DNA of 64,000 nt from Pseudanabaena sp. ABRG5-3 (GCF_003967015.1 NZ_AP017560.1:3034048-3098047); one strand, 5' to 3'. Shown: positions 9,927-20,660, numbered from the stretch's first letter. Made by a program: numbers and translations. Notes: generated by a model not told the origin, from the sequence alone.

Positions 9927-10232
9927 TTACTTTGAGAATAGTGACAAAACCACTTGGCGGCATCCCTTGCAATCACAGCCAAGTTTACTAATGGCAAGAT
10001 CGCCTACACGATCGCTAGTTAAAACATTAGCTCGATCATTGCGATCGCTAAGGAATTGATTGTTTGTCTCAACGGTTGTTTTGGTAATTACAACTGACTC
10101 TGTATAAGTATCAGGAGCTTTGTTTGTGCTGGAGCTAACGCTATTGGTGTTTGCGAAGGCAGGATTCCCTGATACCAAAAAAGTTGCCAATAGAGCAGGA
10201 CTGCTTACAAGAGCTAGGGACGATTTTTTCAT
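9927..10232 (-). CDS. Small secreted hypothetical protein.
   Basis: The start was taken at the internal Met, giving the signal peptide MKKSSLALVSSPALLATFLVSGNPAFA. The mature part is Thr/Ser/Asn-rich with two Cys. Confidence 0.45.
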   Translation of the reverse strand: MKKSSLALVSSPALLATFLVSGNPAFANTNSVSSSTNKAPDTYTESVVITKTTVETNNQFLSDRNDRANVLTSDRVGDLAISKLGCDCKGCRQVVLSLFSK

Positions 10233-10331
10233 AGGGCAAAGGAATGTCTGATCACATTCATTAATTGCTACAGATACTAGCATCAACTCATTGGAGCGTT
10301 ATACTGAGATTTAAATAGTATTTACTTTCCC

Positions 10332-11462
10332 ATGCTCTCCGCAAGTCCCGACCTCATAGCCTTAGCGCGATCGCAAATTATTTTACTGACCCAGAGCTTG
10401 GGGGCAGTAGCTAGTGCTATGTATATCACTGAAAATGTAGCGGATGGGATGCCGCCCAACTTGATCGAAGTTGCTGTTTTTCCAGAGGAAGGGGCAATCG
10501 CGCTGCCAGAGGCTTTTGCGGCTGAGAATTATCCTATTTTGTCGATGGGGACTAGTGGTTTGGTGAGACAACGTCGCTTTATCTTGCCATTAATATATGA
10601 AGAGGCAATTTTAGGTTTTTTGATGACGGGACGGGAAGATCGGGACTGGTTTGATTATGAACAATCGCAAATTCAACAAATTGCCAATACTTTAGCGATC
10701 GCCTGTGCGCTTGATCGCCGCAATCAATGGTTAACAGCAAATCAACAACGCAATTACGAAGAACAAAGTAATTTTCTCGCTTCTCTACTGCATCAACTCC
10801 GCAATCCACTTACCGCCATTCGTACCTTTGGTCAGTTACTATCGCGGCGGATTGTTGCTGATGATCCTAATCAAAAGTTTGTAACGGGAATTTTACGTGA
10901 AACTCAGCATATTCAAGACTTGCTAAGTGAAGCCGATCGCCCCGCGCCACTCTTACTATCAGAAGCCGAACATGAAAAGGCGCTCTTACCTGCCGCGATG
11001 GAACTTGAAGCAGTAGATCTTAGTGAAATTCTGGATGGAATTACTAACTTTGCTAGTGCAATCGCCCAAGAACGGAATATTCAGTTTTTATCAAATATCC
11101 CTTCCCATCTGCCCAAGGTTTTAGGAAATGAGTCTGCCCTCAGAGAAGCGATCGGTAATTTGGTGGAGAATGCTCTCAAATATACGCCTGAACGGGGCTA
11201 TGTCTTGTTAGGTGCAGATGTGAAGCCTGACACAGTTTATATCTATGTTCAAGATACGGGTGTGGGTATTCCTGATGCGGATTTACCGCGCTTATTTGAA
11301 CGTAATTTCCGTGGTAGACAGGCGGAGGGTGAGATTGCAGGTACGGGATTAGGACTAGCGATCGCTAATGAATTAGTCCAAAAAATGGAAGGTAGTATTC
11401 ATGTAATTAGTCAAGTGGGTAAGGGCAGCACTTTTGCCGTGACCCTCAAGCGATCGCTATAG
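10332..11462 (+). CDS. Sensor histidine kinase: N-terminal sensory region (possibly GAF-like), HisKA and HATPase_c.
   Basis: H-box LHQLRNPLTAIRTFGQLL. G-boxes GTGLGLAIANELVQKMEGSIHV and GKGSTFAVTL. Confidence 0.85.
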   Translation: MLSASPDLIALARSQIILLTQSLGAVASAMYITENVADGMPPNLIEVAVFPEEGAIALPEAFAAENYPILSMGTSGLVRQRRFILPLIYEEAILGFLMTGREDRDWFDYEQSQIQQIANTLAIACALDRRNQWLTANQQRNYEEQSNFLASLLHQLRNPLTAIRTFGQLLSRRIVADDPNQKFVTGILRETQHIQDLLSEADRPAPLLLSEAEHEKALLPAAMELEAVDLSEILDGITNFASAIAQERNIQFLSNIPSHLPKVLGNESALREAIGNLVENALKYTPERGYVLLGADVKPDTVYIYVQDTGVGIPDADLPRLFERNFRGRQAEGEIAGTGLGLAIANELVQKMEGSIHVISQVGKGSTFAVTLKRSL

Positions 11463-11477
11463 TAGGTTTGATTTCAG

Positions 11478-12146
11478 TTAATTTAACAAGCTTTCTAAAG
11501 CTGCTTCAATAGATTCTCGGACATTTTGATCTTCTTCTCTTTGAAGAAGTGTTTGTAATGGATGAATAGCATCGTCATAGCCTAAATCACCCAATTCATC
11601 AGCAGCGTTTTCTCGAACAATTGGATCACTATCATTTAAAGACCTTAATAGAATCGGTAAAGCTTGTTCTGGATAGAGTGTAGCAAAAAATCTTAAAACG
11701 CTACCACGTACAAAAGGAGATGGATGATTTAAAAGCGATAATACGCGCATATTATATTTTTTTGCTTTTTGGTAACATAAACCATCGATCACTTCTGCGA
11801 CAATATTTGGACGAAAATCTTCTAAATAACTTTCTAATAAACTGATGATTTCTGCTTTTTTACGTGGTGACTTAACTTGAGATAAGGCGAATAGAATAGC
11901 TCTAACTCTAGCCTGATTCAATAAGTCTAAAGGATTATCGCGAGATTGCTGATCGTAGAATGGAAGTACCTTTTCTAGGTATAACCAGCCTTCACTTCCC
12001 TGTTGAAACAGGCGATCAGCGATATCCTGATAATAAGCGTCCGCATAAGCTTCTCCATCGGTCGGTTCTGATGTAAATAGGGATGTAAGCTTGGTTAAAT
12101 TATTTGTTTCAAGTGTAATCATCTCTAAGTCCCTATGGTTCGGCAA
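11478..12146 (-). CDS. HEAT-repeat (PBS-lyase-type) protein.
   Basis: Repeated DpxVRxxAxxALgxlg-like units, for example DSDPIVRENAADELGDLGYDDAIHPL and HPSPFVRGSVLRFFATL. Confidence 0.65.
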   Translation of the reverse strand: MPNHRDLEMITLETNNLTKLTSLFTSEPTDGEAYADAYYQDIADRLFQQGSEGWLYLEKVLPFYDQQSRDNPLDLLNQARVRAILFALSQVKSPRKKAEIISLLESYLEDFRPNIVAEVIDGLCYQKAKKYNMRVLSLLNHPSPFVRGSVLRFFATLYPEQALPILLRSLNDSDPIVRENAADELGDLGYDDAIHPLQTLLQREEDQNVRESIEAALESLLN

Positions 12147-12154
12147 AGATGGTG

Positions 12155-12394
12155 TTATAAATGTCTAAATAGATTCTCTAATTCGCTGAGAGTAAGTTCT
12201 TTATATTCTGCGGGGAATTCTCTATATAGCTTGGCTGGTAAATTACTAGATTTAATAGACCCCGAATTTATCATATCATCCAACTCTTGTTGTCTTTGAA
12301 TACTTATATTTACTTGGTACTTTTGGGTGAGACGTTTGTATTGTTTGAGTATTTTGATTGCTTTACCTATTTTGTGCTTTTCATCATCTCTCAT
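12155..12394 (-). CDS. Small Lys-rich hypothetical protein, probably co-transcribed with the HEAT-repeat gene.
   Basis: 79-aa ORF ending 8 bp upstream of the HEAT gene start. No motif was recognised. Confidence 0.35.
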   Translation of the reverse strand: MRDDEKHKIGKAIKILKQYKRLTQKYQVNISIQRQQELDDMINSGSIKSSNLPAKLYREFPAEYKELTLSELENLFRHL

Positions 12395-12557
12395 AGTGAA
12401 TTGAATTTTAAGTGTTTATGTAAGTTCAAAGATCAATCAACAAATGATATATCCCAAATATTACAGCTTGATGGAATTATGATGGTAGGAAACCGATCGC
12501 ACACTATACTAGCTATAGCCTATAATCAAAAAGTAATTATTTATGGTTTGGATCTAG

Positions 12558-13664
12558 GTGGCACTTAAGTTTAAATTTGCGATCGCCTCGGATTTGCACA
12601 TTGCATTGCCCCACACGATTTGGCAACATCCTGCGCGATTTCATCTTGTCGAGTACAGCATTCCCGCCTTTGAAGAGGTGCTGTCCCATCTGGCTACCCT
12701 AGACTTAGATTTTTTGCTACTACCTGGAGATCTCACTCAGCATGGCGAGCCTGAAAACCATCAATGGCTAGCTGAGCGACTTACAAAGCTTCCCTATCCT
12801 GTCTATGTCATTGCAGGGAACCATGATGTACCAAGGGTCGAGACCTTTGATCAGTTTACGCCCCATTATACAAAATTTGGATTCAAAGAAGGAATTAGTG
12901 AACCCAATAAACTCTATTACGAATGCGAAGTATTGCCTAATGTGCGGTTAATTGGATTGAATTCTAATCGCTTTGATGAAGAAGGTCAGCAGATTGGCTG
13001 GATTGATGAGGAGCAGTTAGAGTGGTTGCAGACTGTTCTCGATCGCAAAGATTACGAATTGAACTTGGTGACGATTCATCATAATGTGCTGGAACATATG
13101 CATGACCAGTCCCGCAATGCTCTCGGAAAGCGCTATATGCTGGGTAACACGCAGCAACTATGTGAGATTTTACATCGGGCTAATGTGAAGATGGTTTTTA
13201 CAGGACATCTCCATGTGCAGGATATTGCCTATAGTGATCGCTATGATCTCTATGACATTACCACTGGTTCCCTCGTGAGCTATCCCCATCCTTACCGTGT
13301 TCTAAATTATATTTCCGACGATTTAGGCGATCGCTTAGAAGTAGAATCTTTTCGCGTGAAATCAATTCCTGAACAGGCGGATTTCTTACATTTCTCGCGG
13401 GAATGGATGGGCAGTCATTCCCATCCTTTTGTGTTGCGACTACTTACACATCCACCCCTCAATTTGCCTCTAGAGGTTGCTGAGAAGATGACTCCTGACC
13501 TGCGTTACTTTTGGGCTTATATTGCCGATGGCGATGCTGATTTCCATTTCCCTCATTTTCCAAAAGTGGCTCAGGAATATTTTGAAGCCTTTAGCGATGT
13601 GCCACCTAAAGATAATAATGTGACGCTAAATCTCAAGCGATCGCTTACCATGAGATCAACTTAA
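12558..13664 (+). CDS. Calcineurin-like metallophosphoesterase.
   Basis: The phosphoesterase motifs are in order: SDLH, LLPGDLTQHG, AGNHD, IHHN, GHLHV. Confidence 0.85.
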   Translation: MALKFKFAIASDLHIALPHTIWQHPARFHLVEYSIPAFEEVLSHLATLDLDFLLLPGDLTQHGEPENHQWLAERLTKLPYPVYVIAGNHDVPRVETFDQFTPHYTKFGFKEGISEPNKLYYECEVLPNVRLIGLNSNRFDEEGQQIGWIDEEQLEWLQTVLDRKDYELNLVTIHHNVLEHMHDQSRNALGKRYMLGNTQQLCEILHRANVKMVFTGHLHVQDIAYSDRYDLYDITTGSLVSYPHPYRVLNYISDDLGDRLEVESFRVKSIPEQADFLHFSREWMGSHSHPFVLRLLTHPPLNLPLEVAEKMTPDLRYFWAYIADGDADFHFPHFPKVAQEYFEAFSDVPPKDNNVTLNLKRSLTMRST

Positions 13665-13715
13665 TCACTAATTGAGAGGCGCAAAGCACTTCTCAATTAG
13701 TGATTAAGTTGATCT
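13646..13715. terminator. Long perfect inverted repeat (25-bp arms) overlapping the stop of the phosphoesterase gene.
   Basis: agatcaacttaatcactaattgaga ... tctcaattagtgattaagttgatct, with a 13-nt spacer. Confidence 0.5.
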
Positions 13716-13745
13716 CTGCTTATTTTGATATATCACCTAATTCCT

Positions 13746-15017
13746 ATGCAAAATCTCAATCGTCGTAAGTTTATTGGATTCTCTACTCTATTTTTACTCG
13801 GAGCCTGTGGAGCGCAAACTACACAATCTACAAGCACTTCAGGCAAAAGTAAAGTCGTCTTTTGGACAATGCAATTAAAGCCGCAATTTGATAAATATAT
13901 GACGGACTTAATTGCTGCCTTTGTCAAAGAGAACCCAACGGCGGAAGTGGAATGGGTGGATGTGCCTTGGGGAGAAATGGAAACTAAGATTTTAAGTTCT
14001 GTCGCAGCTAAAACAGCTCCTGATGTGGTAAATCTCAATCCTCAGTTTGCCTCCAAACTAGCAGAGAAGAAGGCGTTAGTCGATATGGCAGCAACCATTT
14101 CTGAAACTGATAAATCGAGCTATTTCCCAAATATCTGGAAAGCAAATCAATTGGATACTGCTACCTTTGGCTTGCCTTGGTATGTGGCAACGGATATCAC
14201 TATTTACAATCGTTCTATTTTTGAAAAGGCAGGGTTAGATCCCGCCAAGCCTCCTAAAACTTTTGAGGAACTTACTAAGGTTTCGGAACAGATTAAGGCG
14301 AAAACTGGTAAATATGCTTTCCTATTAACGATGGATGGTGGTCAGGTTCTCGAAGCAATGGTGCAGATGGGCATGAAGTTGCTTGATGCCAATGGCAAGG
14401 CTGCCTTTAATGATGCGGCGGGTAAAGCTGCCTTTGACTATTGGGGCAATCTATTTGAGAAGCAATTGATTCCCCGTGAAATTTTGACAGAAAGTCATCG
14501 TAAAGCGATCGAACTTTATCAATCGGGCGAGTTAGCAATTTTATTGACGGGCCCACAGTTTTTAAAAACAGTAGCTCTGAATGCGCCAGAGGTCGCCAAA
14601 GTCACCGATGTGGGTGCACAAATTACAGGCTCAACGGGCAAAAAGAGTGCGGCAGTGATGAACGTGGCTGTACCATCTACATCGACAAATCAAGCCCTTG
14701 CCGTCAAGTTTGCGCTCTATTTAACTAATGCGGAAAATCAACTTAGCTTTTCCAAAATTGAAAATTCTTTGCCATCAACGATTAAGAGTGTGAGCGATCG
14801 CTATTTTACAGAAGCCGCTAAAGATGCGCCATTACTCGATCGCGCCAGAGTTATTAGCGCCTCACAACTAGCGCAATCTGAGGTTTTAATTCCTCCTGCT
14901 AAGGATATTGAGAAATTGCGGAAGATTATTTATGAGGAATTGCAATTGGCAATGCTCAAGGAAAAGCCTAGCGACAAAGCGATCGCTTCGGCTGCGGAAC
15001 GTTGGAACTCTTTATAA
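13746..15017 (+). CDS. ABC transporter substrate-binding protein (family 1, sugar-type), lipoprotein.
   Basis: The start was taken at MQNLNRRKFIGFSTLFLLGACG, which is a lipobox. The fold-family motifs are WVDVPWGEMETKI and LPWYVATDITIYN. Confidence 0.8.
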   Translation: MQNLNRRKFIGFSTLFLLGACGAQTTQSTSTSGKSKVVFWTMQLKPQFDKYMTDLIAAFVKENPTAEVEWVDVPWGEMETKILSSVAAKTAPDVVNLNPQFASKLAEKKALVDMAATISETDKSSYFPNIWKANQLDTATFGLPWYVATDITIYNRSIFEKAGLDPAKPPKTFEELTKVSEQIKAKTGKYAFLLTMDGGQVLEAMVQMGMKLLDANGKAAFNDAAGKAAFDYWGNLFEKQLIPREILTESHRKAIELYQSGELAILLTGPQFLKTVALNAPEVAKVTDVGAQITGSTGKKSAAVMNVAVPSTSTNQALAVKFALYLTNAENQLSFSKIENSLPSTIKSVSDRYFTEAAKDAPLLDRARVISASQLAQSEVLIPPAKDIEKLRKIIYEELQLAMLKEKPSDKAIASAAERWNSL

Positions 15018-15161
15018 TATTTGCAAGTGTTGCTTCGCAACACTTGCAAAAAGTTTCTTGGTTTTGGCTTGACCGCAAAGCGTTATATGTTGTGGCGAGC
15101 TTTAGCATTACCATAGGAATAATTAGATTTTTAGTTTTTGATTTATTTTTGATTTAGTAAC

Positions 15162-15752
15162 ATGAACGCATTAGAATTTTTTCAAAAGAGCGCAGGGAAA
15201 TGGCGATCGCAACGTACTACCCATCACCTCGCCTTCCGTCGTGCTGAGCGAGGTGGTTCTGAAATTTTGGTTAATCCCTTAAATGCTGACGATCCTAAGG
15301 TTATCGAAATTTGCCAAATGCATGAAATTGAACCCGCTAATGCGATCGGTGGAGCCTATGTGAAATGGGACGGCACGATGGCATGGGATAAAGACGATGG
15401 GGAAACCCACTCAGGGGAAACTGTATTTGCCCTTGTGCCAGATGATGAGACAGGACGCAAAGGCAAGTTGTTACGGGAAGTTGGCTATGCGGAAGTAATG
15501 CCTGTAATTGGTCGTTACGAAATTGATGACGAAGAAGCACTAGTGCTAATCACTGATTACCCATCGATGAGTTCCTATGAGCGTTTCTGGTTCCCTGCAC
15601 CGAATGTGCGCGTGCGGGCTAGCACGGTGCAACGCTTTGGTGGCTTTAGTCAGGCGACTTTCTGTACTGAACAACTGATTAGTGAAGATCCTGTTGAGAC
15701 TGGAGCAAGTGCTAATTCTCAACCAGCGATCGCCTCAGTTTTTGGTTGGTAA
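15162..15752 (+). CDS. cpcS: Phycobiliprotein Cys-84 bilin lyase, CpcS/CpeS family.
   Basis: EFFQKSAGKWRSQRTTHHLAFRRAE ... KWDGTMAWD ... GKLLREVGYAE ... ERFWFPAPNVR ... RFGGFSQATFC aligns along its full length with CpcS-I proteins. Confidence 0.88.
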   Translation: MNALEFFQKSAGKWRSQRTTHHLAFRRAERGGSEILVNPLNADDPKVIEICQMHEIEPANAIGGAYVKWDGTMAWDKDDGETHSGETVFALVPDDETGRKGKLLREVGYAEVMPVIGRYEIDDEEALVLITDYPSMSSYERFWFPAPNVRVRASTVQRFGGFSQATFCTEQLISEDPVETGASANSQPAIASVFGW

Positions 15753-15790
15753 TAATTAGCTGCTCTCCCAATGGGAGAGCAGCTAATTGA

Positions 15791-16876
15791 TTAGCGAAAT
15801 GGTGGAGCGTACATTAAACCACCATTTCGCCAGAGTTCATTTTGTCCTCTCGGTAATTTAAAAGTACTATCTTTACCAAGATTGCGATCGTAAATTTCGG
15901 CGTAGTTGCCTACATGCTTGATCACTTTTACCGCAAAGTCATTACTAATCCCCATATCCTTACCGAGACTGCCATCCACACCTAAAAATCGGCGCACTTC
16001 CGCATTCTTGCTTTGTAATTGCACTGCTAAATTAGCTGAAGAAATATCTAAATCCTCTGCCTCGATCGCTGAAAAAATAATCCATTTAACAATATCTGAC
16101 CATTTCGAGTCACCATCACTCACGGCTGGTGCAAGTGGTTCCTTAGAAATGACAAAATCTAAAACTACATGATTCTCAGGATCGGCGAGACGGGTACGGC
16201 GCACTACTAAGGCAGAGCGATCGGCAGTAATTGCCTTGCAACGTCCTGACTGGTAAGCATTAAAGGTAGCATTGACCTCTTCATATACGACGGGCTTATA
16301 GGGAATGTTGCGCTTACGCATTTGGTCAGCGAGATTCTGCTCAGTAGTTGTCCCTGTTTGGGCGCAAATATCAGCCTCTTTGAGATCGCCGATCTCCTTA
16401 ATATTGCTATCTTTGCGAACCATTAGCCCCTGTCCATCATAAAAAACTACGGGCATAAACGAAAGGCGCGAACTCGTATCACGACTCAATGTCCATGTGG
16501 TATTGCGGCTCAGCACATCAACTTCCCCCGACTGCAAAGCGGTAAAGCGTTCCTTGGCATTAAGATTACGGAATTGCACTGCATCGGGATTATCAAATAG
16601 TGCGGCAGCGATCGCCCGACAAATATCAACATCTAACCCCGAATATTTGCCCTCTTTATTGACAAAGCTAAATCCGGGCAATTCGCCACTAACTCCGCAA
16701 TTTAACTTGCCTCGCTTCAATACGGTTTTGAGGTAGTCACGATTTCCCGCCGCATTACCACTCACTTGCTCAGGAGTTGGGATTGGCTCACAGGCGGCGA
16801 GAGCAAATAAACACAAAAATAGACTTAATCCTGTGATCAACCAAGCGATCGGGCGTTGCCAGAATTGCTTGGACAT
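15791..16876 (-). CDS. Amino-acid ABC transporter periplasmic substrate-binding protein (family 3), lipoprotein.
   Basis: KLNCGVSGELPGFSFVNKEGKYSGLDVDICRAIAAALF ... VDVLSRNTTWT. The start was placed at MSKQFWQRPIAWLITGLSLFLCLFALAAC. The ORF can extend to 16957. Confidence 0.75.
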   Translation of the reverse strand: MSKQFWQRPIAWLITGLSLFLCLFALAACEPIPTPEQVSGNAAGNRDYLKTVLKRGKLNCGVSGELPGFSFVNKEGKYSGLDVDICRAIAAALFDNPDAVQFRNLNAKERFTALQSGEVDVLSRNTTWTLSRDTSSRLSFMPVVFYDGQGLMVRKDSNIKEIGDLKEADICAQTGTTTEQNLADQMRKRNIPYKPVVYEEVNATFNAYQSGRCKAITADRSALVVRRTRLADPENHVVLDFVISKEPLAPAVSDGDSKWSDIVKWIIFSAIEAEDLDISSANLAVQLQSKNAEVRRFLGVDGSLGKDMGISNDFAVKVIKHVGNYAEIYDRNLGKDSTFKLPRGQNELWRNGGLMYAPPFR

Positions 16877-17066
16877 TTGGCTAGACAAAATTCTGTGCCA
16901 GAGATGTTTCCAGTAGTACCGAAAACCTTGACGACGCGATCGAAACTGGTGATCCATAGAATTTGTTAGTAATGCATTTTTGAGTGCATTATAGCGGCTT
17001 GTCCAAAATTCATAATAAAAAGGCTCGCAATGCGAGCCTTTTTATTATGAATTTTGGCAAATATTT

Positions 17067-17834
17067 TTAAATACCGCCGCCTTCGGAAAATCCTTCATAC
17101 TCTTGATGACGTTCAAAATGCTCGGAAGGTACGAGATGGCGCGGACGGACATTCTTGAGCAATTCTGAATCAATAATGTAGTTATTGACAGGATGTAAAC
17201 TATGCAACTCGGCATTTTTCTCTAGTTGTTCTACGCGACCAATGAGAGAACGAATGACATCACCTTCAGGATCGGGAACTTGACTATGATCGAGTGCCGA
17301 AACCTTGACACCATGACGATGTACAATCCGTCCAGGGATACCCACTACCGTGCAATCGGGAGGAACGGATTTGACAACGACAGAGCCAGCACCAATCCGT
17401 GAATTGCTGCCAATTTCAATATTGCCGAGTACCTTGGCTCCTGCGCCGATAACCACGTTATCGCCAAGGGTGGGGTGACGCTTACCTGATTCTTTCCCAG
17501 TACCACCAAGGGTAACACCTTGATAAATCAATACATATTCACCAACGATCGCTGTTTCGCCGATTACTACGCCCATACCGTGGTCGATAAATGCACCCTT
17601 ACCAATTCTTGCTCCAGGGTGAATCTCGATGCCTGTGAAGAATCTTGCCATCTGCGAGATCATCCGAGGGATCACAGGTAGCTTGAGCATATTTAGCCAA
17701 TGGGCAAAGCGATAGAGCCAAATGGCATGGAGTCCGGGGTAGCATAACAGGACTTCTAGCCAGTTACGGGCAGCAGGATCACGTTCAAAAATGATCTTGA
17801 AGTCGGCTTGCAGCGTTTTGATGATATTTTTCAA
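17067..17834 (-). CDS. cysE: Serine O-acetyltransferase.
   Basis: N-terminal SATase helical domain followed by hexapeptide repeats [44 protein letters not shown]. Confidence 0.9.
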   Translation of the reverse strand: MKNIIKTLQADFKIIFERDPAARNWLEVLLCYPGLHAIWLYRFAHWLNMLKLPVIPRMISQMARFFTGIEIHPGARIGKGAFIDHGMGVVIGETAIVGEYVLIYQGVTLGGTGKESGKRHPTLGDNVVIGAGAKVLGNIEIGSNSRIGAGSVVVKSVPPDCTVVGIPGRIVHRHGVKVSALDHSQVPDPEGDVIRSLIGRVEQLEKNAELHSLHPVNNYIIDSELLKNVRPRHLVPSEHFERHQEYEGFSEGGGI

Positions 17835-17933
17835 CGGTTTTTAAACCTTTTTCTTAAATGCAACTGCTTATTTAGAATCCTAGCGGATATTTTGTATCAA
17901 AGGAAACTACCCTTTGGAATGAGTATTTAAACT

Positions 17934-18569
17934 CTAGCTGATTTCCAAGAATTGTTTGGTATCTTGCCAAATATTTATTAAATCACTACCAAGGGCATGA
18001 TCATCATTGAGTAATTTTAAGATTACCTGCGATCGCTTTTTGGCAAATTCTTCACTCAAAGCTGCTGGTACAACTTCATCGTGGATGCCATGAAAAATCA
18101 GAATTGGTAGGGATCGCGTGAGTTGCGCTTCTGAATATTTTTGAGCATCAACTAAAAACTGAAATTGTAAATTTACATTACGTTTTAATCCATAGTGGTA
18201 GAACTCGCGACTGCCCTCTTGCTCCCATTGCGCGACATTTTCTGCACCGATATTCTGCGTAATGCGATCGCCAAAGCCAAATGCTGGGGCAAATAGGACT
18301 AATTTCTGAACTAAGGGATTTTGAGCGGCGAGTTGTACAGCCAAAAATCCACCGAGGCTCGAACCAATTACAGCGATCGGTTCATGGTTTTGGAGATAGG
18401 TGCGATCGAGGTAGGCTAGCTGCTCAGAAAGGGTAACTTTGGAGAAATCAGTGAGATTCAGATCTGGCACATGCAAGGTTAGTCCTAATTCCGCAAACCT
18501 TTGCTGCATATAGGTGGCTTTATAGGAATTGGGACTAGAAGCAAAGCCATGTAAATAAAGATAGTTCAT
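17934..18569 (-). CDS. Alpha/beta-hydrolase esterase of the YqiA (UPF0227) type.
   Basis: The start was taken at MNYLYLHGFASSP. A GSSLGG nucleophile elbow and a downstream H are present. Confidence 0.65.
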   Translation of the reverse strand: MNYLYLHGFASSPNSYKATYMQQRFAELGLTLHVPDLNLTDFSKVTLSEQLAYLDRTYLQNHEPIAVIGSSLGGFLAVQLAAQNPLVQKLVLFAPAFGFGDRITQNIGAENVAQWEQEGSREFYHYGLKRNVNLQFQFLVDAQKYSEAQLTRSLPILIFHGIHDEVVPAALSEEFAKKRSQVILKLLNDDHALGSDLINIWQDTKQFLEIS

Positions 18570-18649
18570 TGAAAAATTAGAGAACAGCTTTGAATAAGCT
18601 AACACGATGGGTATCTACAGCGCTTTGCGCTTAAACCCGAAGCAAGAAA

Positions 18650-18710
18650 TTTTTTAAAAGTGTTGCAAAGCAACACTTTTAAAAAATTTCTTGCTTCGAT
18701 TGATCGCGAA
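18650..18710. terminator. Perfect 29-bp-arm palindrome with a 3-nt loop, downstream of merR and the cop genes.
   Basis: cgaagcaagaaattttttaaaagtgttgc-aaa-gcaacacttttaaaaaatttcttgcttcg. Confidence 0.5.
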
Positions 18711-18716
18711 TTGTGA

Positions 18717-19178
18717 CTAATATTTTTTTAGGGAAGCCATACCATTATGACCTGCTGATTCTTTTACTTCGGCAAGTTCAATTATGGGGCAGATTGTTTC
18801 AGCATTCTCAGAGACTAGCGGTTCACCAACAAGGAGTGCCTCTAAGTCAGAACGTAGAGTTAGTAACTGCTGAATTTGGCGATCGACTTCAGCGATTTTA
18901 TCTTGGAGTTTGACCTTGACATAAACACAAGGTAACTCGCCTTGATCATGGATGGATAGAAATTCTTTGATTTCCGATAAACTCAAGCCTAGACTTTGAG
19001 AACGTTTAATAAAACTGAGGCGATTAATTACATTATTTGCAAATAGTCGAAATCCACCTTCAGTTCTTCCTGATGATTCTAATAGACCTAGCTCCTCATA
19101 ATAGCGAATTGTTTTAATAGGAATACCGCTTTCTTTGGCGATCGCACCAATTTGTTTGAGTTCCTCTTGAGCTTGCAT
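18717..19178 (-). CDS. MerR-family transcriptional regulator, likely metal-responsive for the adjacent cop genes.
   Basis: The N-terminal HTH IGAIAKESGIPIKTIRYYEELGLL...GGFRLF is the MerR signature. A coiled-coil dimerisation helix follows, and the C-terminal tail contains Cys and His. Confidence 0.85.
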   Translation of the reverse strand: MQAQEELKQIGAIAKESGIPIKTIRYYEELGLLESSGRTEGGFRLFANNVINRLSFIKRSQSLGLSLSEIKEFLSIHDQGELPCVYVKVKLQDKIAEVDRQIQQLLTLRSDLEALLVGEPLVSENAETICPIIELAEVKESAGHNGMASLKKY

Positions 19179-19301
19179 ATCTCTTTTCTCTCTCTGTTTT
19201 TGTATTTTTAGGGATTACGCAAAAGCACCTTAAAAAGCTGATTTTCTCGTAGGGGCAATTCATAAATTGCCCCTAGATTGAGAATTACCACAACCATTCT
19301 A

Positions 19302-20180
19302 TCAATCACGCACATGAACCCCAAAATCAGCCGTGACAATTTTGCCATTGCGGTTAAATTGTCCCCAGAGCTTATATTCTCCAGATTTTGCGAACTTGGT
19401 CACGAAAGTAACTTTCCCTTCAGAGCTACTATCTAATGCATGGGCATGAATATAATCAGAGGCAGTCAATGGTGTTGATTTTTTGATGATCACAAGGTGT
19501 CCTTTTTCGCCTAAATAGGGTTGCAAATCAGTAATCGGCTGATTAGTATCAGGATCTTTGAGATCAAAGGTTAAGGTCACTTCCTCACTGGCTTTAATGT
19601 GATCTTGAGAACTGCTCAAATTAATATGGGTTTTGCCAAATGTCTTAGTGCGATCGAAGTTAATCGGTTTATCCGATGGAATTTCACCAATAACTTGTGT
19701 TTTGAGAACGGAAATTTGTTCTGGAGACTGGGCAGGCTTGTAGTCGCTAAACAAGGTGTATTTTCCCGCCTGTGGAAAGTTCGCCGACACTTTAAATCGT
19801 CCATTGTGTTGGTAGCTGGGATGAATATGGTCAAAGAACTGAAGATCATCACTGACAACAATCAAATGCATCAGCTTCTCTTGAAAGACCTCAAATTTTT
19901 CAACGGCTTTGCCATTGAGGTCTTGAACATCGATCAATAATGGCACAGTAGTATTAGGAAGTATATTGAGGGGAGTCGTCAACTTTGCCTCAGCAATCGT
20001 TGTTTCCGATGATGTCTTTTGGCGATCGCTAGGGTGTTCCCCATGCTTATTAGCATTAGGATGATTGTCTGTGGCAATCGGTTTAGGTTCTTCGGCATTA
20101 GATATGGTGGACAATGAGGAGCAAGCTTGAGTCAATGCCAAAATAGAAGTCAATGCGATCGCGGTAATTAGTTTATTCAT
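19302..20180 (-). CDS. Periplasmic lipoprotein with a His-rich N-terminus and two beta-sandwich-like repeats; putative metal-binding component of the cop island.
   Basis: Lipobox LALTQAC. Segment NHPNANKHGEHPSD. The internal repeats are FDHIHPSYQHNGRF...GKYTLF and DYIHAHA...GEYKLWGQF. Confidence 0.55.
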   Translation of the reverse strand: MNKLITAIALTSILALTQACSSLSTISNAEEPKPIATDNHPNANKHGEHPSDRQKTSSETTIAEAKLTTPLNILPNTTVPLLIDVQDLNGKAVEKFEVFQEKLMHLIVVSDDLQFFDHIHPSYQHNGRFKVSANFPQAGKYTLFSDYKPAQSPEQISVLKTQVIGEIPSDKPINFDRTKTFGKTHINLSSSQDHIKASEEVTLTFDLKDPDTNQPITDLQPYLGEKGHLVIIKKSTPLTASDYIHAHALDSSSEGKVTFVTKFAKSGEYKLWGQFNRNGKIVTADFGVHVRD

Positions 20181-20270
20181 CGTAGTTATTTCTTGATTTA
20201 TAGTACTTTGCTGGATTTAAAGAACGATAGAAATTTGCGTTCAAATATGAACGCAAATTTCTCTAAATGC

Positions 20271-20465
20271 TTAGGATGCTGGATAACCAGCATTGATGAG
20301 AGCTTCCCGAATTGCTAACTCAGATGCTTGAGTTTCGACAACAATCAGTTTCGTTTTGGTGTTAGCTTGAACTTCTGCATTAGCATCAACGTTTTTAATT
20401 GCGGCTGTAACTGTATTGACACAGCTAGCACAAGCAAGAGTAGGGGTGTTGAGTTGAATAGTCAT
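20271..20465 (-). CDS. Heavy-metal-associated (HMA) domain copper chaperone, CopZ-like.
   Basis: 64 aa with a ferredoxin-like HMA fold pattern. The metal-binding motif is LACASC (CxxC) rather than the canonical GMTCxxC. Confidence 0.75.
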   Translation of the reverse strand: MTIQLNTPTLACASCVNTVTAAIKNVDANAEVQANTKTKLIVVETQASELAIREALINAGYPAS

Positions 20466-20580
20466 AGTTTGTGATAACCTCTATTGATTGACTAAAAAGA
20501 GAAACTGAAGAATGACTTCTCTATCTGAAAACAACTCTACATTCTCTATCCGACTGGAGAGTCAAGGGGGTAAACAAAAA

Positions 20581-20660
20581 AAGAAGTGATGCTTTACATC
20601 ACTTCTTTTTTAAGGAGAGGCAAAAAGGAAAGAGGCGATGCAAAAGCATCGCCTCTTTCC
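20581..20660 (-). terminator. Two tandem hairpin terminators after the cupredoxin gene.
   Basis: agaagtgatgctttacatcacttct and aaagaggcgatgcaaaagcatcgcctcttt, both T/A-flanked. Confidence 0.55.

Noticed and set aside
20581-20660. Whether the paired hairpins after the cupredoxin gene are another MITE.
   Set aside because: The two hairpins have unrelated stems and no shared flanking arms with MITE-A or MITE-B. They were interpreted as tandem intrinsic terminators.
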